Origin: Candidatus Latescibacterota bacterium
Lineage (GTDB): Bacteria; Latescibacterota; UBA2968
DNA: 64,000 nucleotides
NCBI GenBank assembly: GCA_965207885.1
Contig: OZ242311.1
Span: 32,001-96,000, forward strand
Direction of reading: 5' to 3'
In this document: one piece after another, positions 40,546-48,989 of the stretch
Layout of the letters: every line of letters starts with the position of its first letter
How positions within the stretch are numbered: position 1 is the first letter of the stretch
Position numbers and translations under genes: made by a program
The notes under the pieces: model-generated
What the model saw: only the letters and a program-made list of their open reading frames with translations
The model's database searches: none
Told to the model about the DNA's origin: nothing

Positions 40546-41421
40546 ATGTTAATTAATGACCATAAAAAAATAATTAAAGTATATAAGGAAACATCTTTAT
40601 ATCTTCAAAACAATCCGAATCTTTCGGAGGAGCTTGAAATCTATATTTCCTCGTTTTATGAACTCAATGACCTGATTCCTCAGTACATTGACAGACTCGG
40701 ATCTGGCCACTTTTTTCCTTTTTTCGAGGCTTATACAGAACTCGAAAATTCAATTGAATTGAGCAAACAAGGCTTCTATCGCCATGCTCTTTTTTCTTTT
40801 AGAAACTCATTAGAGTTAGTAGTGATAGGTCTCTATTTTGATAGAGAGGATCAAGCGCACAAAGAAATTCGATCTTGGTTTACGTCTGATGATCCAACCC
40901 CACGTTTTAGTCGGATGCTCGATAAACTGCTTCAACTACCCAATTTTGCTATCTTCAGTGCTGAACGGCCGATGCGTGATGAAGTGAGACAACTTTATAG
41001 TGAACTTAGTGATTTTGTGCATATAAGAGGCTTTAGATATAGCTCCACAGGCCAAGGCAAAGTACATTTCAATAGTTTTAGTGAACAGGCTTTTTTGAGA
41101 AACATTTGTTTATTGAAGCAAATTGTACATTGTTGCATAAAACTGGTATTACTCAAGTACCCAATCGGTGTTCAAGAACTCCCACTATGGGAAAAATTTG
41201 GGTTCAATAAACCAATTGGAGGTTTTTTAGAATCACCTAACGTTGTCCTCCGTTTACTACCATCCTCTGATGTATGCCTTCTTCAAGAAATCAGTAACAA
41301 TGACTTGGAGGTACAAGAATTATCTGAAGAGATTCACAACATGCCTGATTTAACAGAGGAAGAAATAGATCTTCAACACCAAAGATATCGTCAAATGCAT
41401 AAAATCAGGGCGCATCATTGA
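40546..41421 (+). CDS. Hypothetical AT-rich protein, possibly HEPN-like
   Basis: 291-aa ORF; G.YRHA...RNSLE and LYSELSDFVH patterns. Confidence 0.6.
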   Translation: MLINDHKKIIKVYKETSLYLQNNPNLSEELEIYISSFYELNDLIPQYIDRLGSGHFFPFFEAYTELENSIELSKQGFYRHALFSFRNSLELVVIGLYFDREDQAHKEIRSWFTSDDPTPRFSRMLDKLLQLPNFAIFSAERPMRDEVRQLYSELSDFVHIRGFRYSSTGQGKVHFNSFSEQAFLRNICLLKQIVHCCIKLVLLKYPIGVQELPLWEKFGFNKPIGGFLESPNVVLRLLPSSDVCLLQEISNNDLEVQELSEEIHNMPDLTEEEIDLQHQRYRQMHKIRAHH

Positions 41422-41621
41422 ATTAAAGCGCGACTTGGCCTGGACCAGTTGCACCTCGTCCCCAATGCAGGTTCTTGCCGCTTATCCCCCGATGCCGTAA
41501 TTTGTTAAAAAGGCAGCAATTGCCTATAATACGGAAACTCGAGTTGATTGATAACGACGTGATTTGACTCGGTCCAAGATTGAGAATCCGATGATCGTAT
41601 TATTTATATAATAGTCCTATA

Positions 41622-43343
41622 GTGGAGACATACATGGCGCTTCATAGTGCTGAGCAAAACGTCGTGAACAAGCAGGGACTGAATACTCAAGTAGCGGATC
41701 CCACTTACCGCAAAGTTTTGCGGATCAATCCTCGCCGTCTCCTGGGGGCGTACTACACCCCTGACGCACTTGCAAGTATTTTGGCAACATGGGCACTCGC
41801 GCCTAGGAAGGGGAACGTCTTAGATCCGAGCTTTGGCGGGTGTGCGTTCCTTAACGCGGCAACTACGATTCTGGCTTCCAGGGGTATTTCAAAACCCGGT
41901 AAGCGGGTCTTCGGCGTTGATGTGGACCCGACGTGTATGGAGTACGTACGCAAGGATCAAAATCTCGTCGAGAAGAATTGCATTATTCGAGACTTTCTCA
42001 GCTTGTCTCCAAAAGATATACCCGGGGCACCGTTTCACGCCATAATCGGCAATCCTCCCTACGTGCGTCACCACTGGTTCAATGGAGCGACTCGAAAGGC
42101 AGGCAGGGTAGCCATGGCTGCCGCAGAAGTAGCACTTCCCGAAACTGCGAGTGCCTGGGCGTATTTTCTGATTCACACACTGAGCTTTATCGCAAAGAAC
42201 GGCCGACTCGCAATGCTTGTTCCAGAAGCGATCCTTCAGGCGGACTATGCCACTGTCGTCAGGGACTTGCTTACATCCCGTTTCGATCATGTCTGCCTGG
42301 TTCACATTCGTGACCGTCTGTTTGAGGGCACAGATGAAGCTGTAGTCGCAGTCGCTGCTTCGCAATATGGTGGTAAAAAAGGCGTCTTGCGCGTTGAAGC
42401 CGTCGAGCGGTCTGAGGACCTGGCAGCAGTCCTGAACACCCCAAAAGGCGGGCGTTCTACTTCCCATTTGACAACCCCAAAAGGACGCCGCATTGACTCA
42501 CAGACTGTCCAATTACTCGGTGAATTGGAGCAACATCCTGCGGTCCAAAAGATTTCCGATGTCGCAACCGTGAGTATTGGTTTAGTCACAGGCGCCAACA
42601 AACACTTCATCCGTAATGCCGAAAACTTGAAACAACTTGGTATTCCTCACGAGTCTTGTGTACGACTAATTTCTCGTACGCGATGGCTATCAGGGCTAGA
42701 TTTTACTGAAGAGGATCTCCAGAAACTCGTCGAAGCGGACCAACAAGCCATCCTGGTTCGGCCCACGCCAGAGTGCGAAAATACTCCCGGCATCAAGCAG
42801 TGGATTGACGAAGGGATTAAGGCCGGTATTCACGAACGATATAAATGCACCATACGCGATCCCTGGTTTCGTGTTGATCCAAAGCCTGTACCAGACGCCT
42901 TCGCTACATGTGCCCGTATGGGCGCTCCCTTGCTCGTTCTCAACCGGGCTGGTTGCCAATGTACCAACGCACTTCATGCGATGTACTTGCATTGTCGAAG
43001 CAATGCCTCTCTACCAGCCATCGCTATGGGGTTCCTCACAAGTGCCGTGAGTGTCTGGGCAGAACTCCACGGACGGCGGTACGGAGGAGGCGTCTTGAAG
43101 ATGGAACCCGGTACCCTGAATAGAACGCCGGTACCGATAGTTCAGGGCGCGGAAGCCGCCTTCGACGAACTGAATAAACTCATTCGAGATGGGCGAGAAA
43201 CCGAAGCAAGAAAACGGGCGGACGATCTCGTGCTCAGAGATCAATTGGGTTTGCCAAAGAAAGACATTAAGCGATTACAGCAGGCACACGCCCTGTTGAT
43301 GATCCAACGCCGCCCCACCAGGAATGGAACCGGACATGGCTAA
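41622..43343 (+). CDS. N6-adenine DNA methyltransferase (gamma class, Eco57I-like)
   Basis: GAYYTP, VLDPSFGGCAFL (motif I), GNPPY (motif IV), long C-terminal TRD. Confidence 0.9.
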   Translation: METYMALHSAEQNVVNKQGLNTQVADPTYRKVLRINPRRLLGAYYTPDALASILATWALAPRKGNVLDPSFGGCAFLNAATTILASRGISKPGKRVFGVDVDPTCMEYVRKDQNLVEKNCIIRDFLSLSPKDIPGAPFHAIIGNPPYVRHHWFNGATRKAGRVAMAAAEVALPETASAWAYFLIHTLSFIAKNGRLAMLVPEAILQADYATVVRDLLTSRFDHVCLVHIRDRLFEGTDEAVVAVAASQYGGKKGVLRVEAVERSEDLAAVLNTPKGGRSTSHLTTPKGRRIDSQTVQLLGELEQHPAVQKISDVATVSIGLVTGANKHFIRNAENLKQLGIPHESCVRLISRTRWLSGLDFTEEDLQKLVEADQQAILVRPTPECENTPGIKQWIDEGIKAGIHERYKCTIRDPWFRVDPKPVPDAFATCARMGAPLLVLNRAGCQCTNALHAMYLHCRSNASLPAIAMGFLTSAVSVWAELHGRRYGGGVLKMEPGTLNRTPVPIVQGAEAAFDELNKLIRDGRETEARKRADDLVLRDQLGLPKKDIKRLQQAHALLMIQRRPTRNGTGHG

Positions 43344-45660
43344 GTTCACTGTTGACACCCACTTGTTCCGAGAACTCGGAGAACTACTGGTCGGACGCGA
43401 CTCCACCGCCTTGATCGAACTGATCAAGAACGCCTACGATGCCGATGCGACCGAGGTCACTGTATATGGTGAGCGACTCGACAATCCAGAAGAGGGACAT
43501 ATCCTGGTAACGGACAACGGCGTGGGCATGAATCCGGAAGAGTTCACGAAAGGTTTTCTGAGAGTTGCTTCGCGTCTGAAGGAGCTGGGCGAGCGGCGAT
43601 CCATCTTATTCCAACGCCGTTACACTGGTGCGAAGGGAATTGGTCGGCTTGCTGCTCATAAGCTTGCGCGAAAACTCGAAATTGATAGCGTACCGCAGCT
43701 CTCTGAATTGGATAGGACTCGAGAAGCTCTGAACGCCACAATAGATTGGGACAAAATAGAGCAGTACGAAACCCTGGATGAACTTGACTCTACCGACGCG
43801 ATTCTTCTGGACACCAAGACAATAAGCAAGAACACTCGTTCAGGAACAGCACTTCTCCTATCGCGGTTGCGACGAGCCTGGACCAAGACTGAGCGTGCGA
43901 GGTTTTTAGCTGAGGTTCAATCGTTTGATCCCCCTTCGTTTTTGTGTGAGCCGCTCCCGCGATCGGTTATCGAAGAGCCACTGCTGTTCGACACGCCAAT
44001 TGTACGAGACCAGGGTTCCGATGCCGAGACCTCTTCATTCCGGGTAAACCTTGAAGGAGACTTTGCCGCAGGTGAAGACTACTGGGCGCTTGTTGCGGCA
44101 ACGTTTAACTGGATACTGGAGATTCGGACAGATCCCAATAATGGACACATAGGCTTTGGAATTGCTCCTACAAAAAAGAAGCTGAGGGAAAATCCCGAGA
44201 TTGAGGCATTCTATCATACCATACCTCACCCTACTCCCGAGCGTGGACCCCATTTTGACGCACGTATTCTGGTGAGAGAGGGCCATCAAAAATTTACTCG
44301 AGACCAACGGACGTGGGCAACGAACACCAGTGGCGTTCGAGTTTATCTGGAAGGGTTTCGCGTCCTACCGTATGGAGAACCAACAGACGATTGGCTCTCC
44401 ATTGACGCGGATTATGCGAGACGCCCCCGGCAGCTCGAAATGCTCAAGGATATTGGATTCGGCACAGAAGCTTCTGACCGCAATATTGGACTTGTTCGTG
44501 CGCCGAGCAACAATTACTTCGGCGCAGTTTTTCTTACCCAAAATCGCTGTCCTGAAATGCGACTTCTGGTGAATCGAGAAGGGTTTGTCCCAGAGGCGAG
44601 TTTCGAAACCCTGGAGCGGTTAGTCCGGATGGGAATAGACTTCCTGACTCGCGAGCGTGCAGCGGAGTCCTACGAGCGGCGTCAACAACGAAGGGAGGAT
44701 CGGCGTAAGGGTTCTACAAAGGAAGATACCCCGCAGAGTTCCACCGATATAAGTCATGTAACCAACGACAATATTGAAGTCCCTGAGTTTTTGGAGCGAA
44801 TTCAGGAAGCAACTCATTTAATGAAAAAAGCTGGTGAACATCTTACCGGCGATGACAAAGACGCGACTAATGCAGCTATGCAGAAGTTGGATGAGGTGAA
44901 AATACTCGCTGAAGATTTTGAAGATTTGATTTCAGAACACATGCTCTTATATGTCCTCGCTTCTGTGGGAACTCAGATGGCCGCGTTCGTACATGAGATC
45001 AACGTCTTACTCGCAGCATCACAAACCATTGAGCAGGTGCTTGAAGAGGTGCTTGCTGAGGGTGGTCTATCGCTTGATGAAAGGCGCAGGTTCAGGCGTA
45101 CCTTGAACCGCGCGACAGAGCTCAAACACAGTCTGGAACGTCAAGCCTCTTACTTGATGGACGTCGTGAGTGTTGATGCGCGCCGCCGCCGGTCTCGCCA
45201 GCGTTTATGTGAACGTTTCGATGCCGCAGTTCGTCTCGTACAGCATCAAGCAGAACGCCGAAGTATCAAAATTGACAATCATATTCCACCCGAATTGAGG
45301 TCTCCTCCCCCGATGTTTCCCGCTGAGATTACAGCGATATTCGCCAATCTCCTGACAAATGCGGTTAAAGCCGCTGGAGAGGATGGACATATCCTTGCTT
45401 CAGCATCCAGTGGAAATGATCAGGTTCGGATTCGCATCCAGAACACCGGCACTGCCGTCCAACTCAATGACGCCGAGCGCTGGTTCAAACCCTTCCAATC
45501 AACAACATCTGAAGTAAACCCCGTGTTGGGCCAGGGGATGGGGCTGGGACTGACTATTACACGGAACCTGTTGGATAACTATGGAGCAGTTGTGAAATTC
45601 ATCCAGCCGGATAGCGCATTTGCAACTGCAGTCGAAATAGCCTTGCCAAGTAGGAGTTAG
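43336..45660 (+). CDS. MORC/MutL-like GHKL ATPase fused to a histidine kinase
   Basis: N-terminal ELIKNAYDA, DNGVGM, GAKGIGR; C-terminal FVHEIN H-box, NLLTNAVKA, GMGLGL. Confidence 0.85.
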   Translation: MAKFTVDTHLFRELGELLVGRDSTALIELIKNAYDADATEVTVYGERLDNPEEGHILVTDNGVGMNPEEFTKGFLRVASRLKELGERRSILFQRRYTGAKGIGRLAAHKLARKLEIDSVPQLSELDRTREALNATIDWDKIEQYETLDELDSTDAILLDTKTISKNTRSGTALLLSRLRRAWTKTERARFLAEVQSFDPPSFLCEPLPRSVIEEPLLFDTPIVRDQGSDAETSSFRVNLEGDFAAGEDYWALVAATFNWILEIRTDPNNGHIGFGIAPTKKKLRENPEIEAFYHTIPHPTPERGPHFDARILVREGHQKFTRDQRTWATNTSGVRVYLEGFRVLPYGEPTDDWLSIDADYARRPRQLEMLKDIGFGTEASDRNIGLVRAPSNNYFGAVFLTQNRCPEMRLLVNREGFVPEASFETLERLVRMGIDFLTRERAAESYERRQQRREDRRKGSTKEDTPQSSTDISHVTNDNIEVPEFLERIQEATHLMKKAGEHLTGDDKDATNAAMQKLDEVKILAEDFEDLISEHMLLYVLASVGTQMAAFVHEINVLLAASQTIEQVLEEVLAEGGLSLDERRRFRRTLNRATELKHSLERQASYLMDVVSVDARRRRSRQRLCERFDAAVRLVQHQAERRSIKIDNHIPPELRSPPPMFPAEITAIFANLLTNAVKAAGEDGHILASASSGNDQVRIRIQNTGTAVQLNDAERWFKPFQSTTSEVNPVLGQGMGLGLTITRNLLDNYGAVVKFIQPDSAFATAVEIALPSRS

Positions 45661-45662
45661 CC

Positions 45663-46808
45663 TTGAGTATGAATAATATCAATAAGCCGTCCATTCTTAT
45701 CATTGACGATAACCCTGACCTCGTCAATATAGAGTTGGGAGACCGCGCAACGACTTATGTAATTCATCCTCAGGATGTAGAAAGATCGGACCTGAATAAT
45801 GCTGATCTGGTTCTGGTGGACTATGCGCTGGAATACTGGTCAGAACGGGATAATCTATCGATCATTTCACTCCAGCCAGCAACCGGAATGGCTCTTGCGG
45901 TTGTGCTACGGGAGCAAGTAGATCAAAATGAAAAAGACAAATTAACAGCATTTGCGCTATATACAGCTCGTCTCAGAGATATTAAGGGGCGATTTGCCCC
46001 TGCGACTGCTCAACACGTTCTTGCGCGCCTGAACAATCTGGAATGGATATTCCCAAAGACGAATCCTGATAGCTACTCAAAGACGAATCCTGATAGCTAT
46101 AACCAGATACTCCTTCTTGCGGATGCTGTCCGGGAGCTTCCAGGCCAATGGTCGAAAGATTCGGATTCAAGGGTGCAACAACTTCTCGATATGGATAAGG
46201 ACAACGAATCGTTTGAGCGCTGCTGGCGTGATGTTAAAGATTGCCGGGTGCCAATTGAAGAATTGTCTGAGGGAGAACATAGCATCCTTTTTATTCGATG
46301 GTTGCTTCATCAAGTATTGCCGTATCCTTGCTTTCTGTGGGCGGAGCACTGGGTTGCAGCACGCCTTGGGATTTCTATTGATGCCCTGCGTGAGGTACTG
46401 GAGGGAGATAGCGATCTGGCGAAAGACTTGGAGTCCATGCGCTATTCGGGGATTCTCGCGGATTTTTTGGGAGATAGGTGGTGGCGTGGTGCTATCGAGG
46501 ACTACGCCTGGAATTTAGTAGAAGGACACACGGCTAATGTACAACATTTACGAGATGCCTTGGCCGAGCGTGCCGGAATGAAACTGAAGTCAATTGACGT
46601 CAACCCCGCTGTGGTTTGTGTGGATAAAAATTGGCAGCCCATCGACAAATTCCTATCGCCAATGGATACCATAACCCTGCATCCTGACCACTGGCCCGCG
46701 TTTGCCGACCCAGCCTGGATGGACATCGAGACTGTGCGAAATGAAGCGACTCTGTTGCCATTGGTGGATCCCCTTGACCAATACCTCATCGAGAATGATG
46801 AAGAATAG
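45663..46808 (+). CDS. Response-regulator receiver domain plus unknown C-terminal domain
   Basis: ILIIDD, LVLVDY, LYT, FPK receiver motifs. Confidence 0.75.
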   Translation: MSMNNINKPSILIIDDNPDLVNIELGDRATTYVIHPQDVERSDLNNADLVLVDYALEYWSERDNLSIISLQPATGMALAVVLREQVDQNEKDKLTAFALYTARLRDIKGRFAPATAQHVLARLNNLEWIFPKTNPDSYSKTNPDSYNQILLLADAVRELPGQWSKDSDSRVQQLLDMDKDNESFERCWRDVKDCRVPIEELSEGEHSILFIRWLLHQVLPYPCFLWAEHWVAARLGISIDALREVLEGDSDLAKDLESMRYSGILADFLGDRWWRGAIEDYAWNLVEGHTANVQHLRDALAERAGMKLKSIDVNPAVVCVDKNWQPIDKFLSPMDTITLHPDHWPAFADPAWMDIETVRNEATLLPLVDPLDQYLIENDEE

Positions 46809-46818
46809 GACGGCAAGA

Positions 46819-47547
46819 ATGGCTGGGTTTCGCTTTCATTTTTCTGAACTGATCCAAGAGGCCGAAGTGATGCAAACCTTGTCAAAGAGGTTCCTTGATC
46901 CGAATAGGATGTGGGTTTTCTACAGGTTCTTGAGCGCCCTCCGCAGTATTGATGGAAAACCTATAAAAAATGTTTATCCTCTGCAACTTCATTGCCTTCA
47001 CACAAGACCAAGCGATCAGTACGACAGGAAAGCAGGGAAAAAGATATATGCGGTTATTTCAGGAAAGTGGCAGTTGCGACCATTAGAGAAGCACGAGATA
47101 GAATTCTGCGGGATCGCTTCGACGAGGATTGAGTTGTACGCTTCGGATGCTCCTGAGACACGCTTAGCAATGTGGAGCCTGGAACTGGGTGCTGAAGACA
47201 GTCCTGGCTGTTATGTTCACGCTCATATTCTCGGGGACCCCGTCGATCCTCGATTCCCGAAATCAGTTTCTATTCCCAGATTGCCCAGCCTCTTCGTCAC
47301 TCCGATGAGTGCTGTAGAGTTCGTCCTCGGCGAACTCTTCCAAGATAGGTGGTCCAAGGTGACCGACAGCAATGCTAAAAAAGTGACTCGTTGGCGTGAT
47401 ACCCAAAAAAGGTGGCTTCAGAGTCTGTTTTCATGGTACAATGACCAAATGGAGAACGCGAGTTCCTCTCCGTGGATGGCATTAAAGAAGGCAAAGCCAC
47501 CAGAAGACGGCATGTTTCTCCAAAAATCCAGAAGACGGAGATCGTGA
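46819..47547 (+). CDS. Hypothetical protein with HxH motif, fourth gene of the module
   Basis: ATG at 46819, 10 nt after the receiver stop; GCYVHAHI motif. Confidence 0.65.
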   Translation: MAGFRFHFSELIQEAEVMQTLSKRFLDPNRMWVFYRFLSALRSIDGKPIKNVYPLQLHCLHTRPSDQYDRKAGKKIYAVISGKWQLRPLEKHEIEFCGIASTRIELYASDAPETRLAMWSLELGAEDSPGCYVHAHILGDPVDPRFPKSVSIPRLPSLFVTPMSAVEFVLGELFQDRWSKVTDSNAKKVTRWRDTQKRWLQSLFSWYNDQMENASSSPWMALKKAKPPEDGMFLQKSRRRRS

Positions 47548-47580
47548 AAATTTAGTTAGAGCCACATCGTGTCGTGCGCA

Positions 47581-47619
47581 GACCAATCAAAATCGCTGAC
47601 TGATTGGTCTTATTTTTTT
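47581..47619 (+). terminator. Intrinsic terminator
   Basis: GACCAATCA...TGATTGGTC followed by a T tract. Confidence 0.7.
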
Positions 47620-47735
47620 GTCTAATTGTCTTTATACTCAAAAACACCATTGCAAAGCCCTGTTTTCACGCTTAAATTGCAGATATTCGTACCATTATTA
47701 TTATGGCCACAACTCCTGCCACAAGGAGAACAAAC

Positions 47736-48965
47736 ATGAAAATCCGACCCGACCTCGTTCCAGAGACCGAGCGGAACAACCTCGAAGTCATCCAACTCAC
47801 GGATGAAACGGTCCCCTCATCACACATCTACATGGAAGCGCAGATCTTCACGCCCGACTCCCAGCGGCTAATCATTCACCGGTCTGCACATCCCCACGGC
47901 TCTGACCCGAAGGACCCCGAGCACCAATTCCTCATCTGCGACCTCGAAGACCATTGCAGCTTAACGCCCATCACCACCGAACTCGGAACCACCGGACCAT
48001 CCATCTCCCCCGATGGCGAATGGCTCTACTACTTCGTCAACGAAACAGAACCCGGAGGCGGACGCCTGACACTCAAACGCGTCAAAATGGACGGAACAGA
48101 ACGCGACACCATCTATGTCCTGGACCACGCCATACCCGACACCGACTTCAGATTGAGCCGACCATATCCCCTCTCGACAATCTCATCCGACGGCAAGCGC
48201 ATCGCCATCTCGGGATTCCTCGGCGACGGCAAAACCGCAGGCGCGCCCTGGGGCCTCCTCGTCTTCGACATTGAAAAGCCATCTGTACGCCTGATCTTTC
48301 ACGGACCATCCTGGTGCAATATCCACCCACAATACACGCGCCAAACAGGCCCTGTCGCCTCCCACGACATCATGATCCAGGAAAACCACGGCAACACCGC
48401 ATCGCCCGACGGCAGCGTAGAAACACTCGTCAGTGGACAGGGCGCAGACATCCACCTGATCCGTGACGACGGCACCGCACTGCGCGACTTCCCCTGGGGA
48501 CGGGACGGAAACGAATTCTGCCAGGGGCATCAATGCTGGCAGGGACAAAGCGACATCGCCATCACCAGCACGAGCACACGCGAACCCGCTGAAAGACAAC
48601 TCATCTCCGGACGCGCCGCGTCTCACATCGGCGACGAAGGCATCAACACCCCGGGCGGCTGGCGAAACGACCTGTCCCGATCCTTCGACACGCCCGACTT
48701 CTGCCACTTCGCAACAGACATCGACGGAACGCGGTTAATCACAGACGCAGGTCCAATAGACGCGGGCGGATCAGTCTGGCTATTCGACCTCCCCGAAGAA
48801 GAGGAAGGCGCCCTCGCAAACGCGCGGAAAGTCGCGGACCCCGGATCGTCCTGGCAAAAAAACACACACATCCACCCCTTCCTCTCCCCGGATGGACAGT
48901 CGGGCTTCTTCAACTCCGATGAAAGCGGCATACTACAGGCGTATATGGTACGCGGTTGGTCTTAA
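47736..48965 (+). CDS. Beta-propeller protein, oligogalacturonate-lyase-like
   Basis: HIYME..FTPD, SPDG repeats, HIHPFLSPDG..FNSD. Confidence 0.65.
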   Translation: MKIRPDLVPETERNNLEVIQLTDETVPSSHIYMEAQIFTPDSQRLIIHRSAHPHGSDPKDPEHQFLICDLEDHCSLTPITTELGTTGPSISPDGEWLYYFVNETEPGGGRLTLKRVKMDGTERDTIYVLDHAIPDTDFRLSRPYPLSTISSDGKRIAISGFLGDGKTAGAPWGLLVFDIEKPSVRLIFHGPSWCNIHPQYTRQTGPVASHDIMIQENHGNTASPDGSVETLVSGQGADIHLIRDDGTALRDFPWGRDGNEFCQGHQCWQGQSDIAITSTSTREPAERQLISGRAASHIGDEGINTPGGWRNDLSRSFDTPDFCHFATDIDGTRLITDAGPIDAGGSVWLFDLPEEEEGALANARKVADPGSSWQKNTHIHPFLSPDGQSGFFNSDESGILQAYMVRGWS

Positions 48966-48975
48966 GCAAAACTAA
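48920..48975 (+). repeat. Direct repeat A (3' end of the Ogl-like gene); second copy 54201-54256
   Basis: TGAAAG(C/T)GGCATACTACAGGCGTATATGGT(A/G)CGCGGTTGG...ACTAA. Confidence 0.9.
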
Positions 48976-48989
48976 AAGGAGATACCAAA

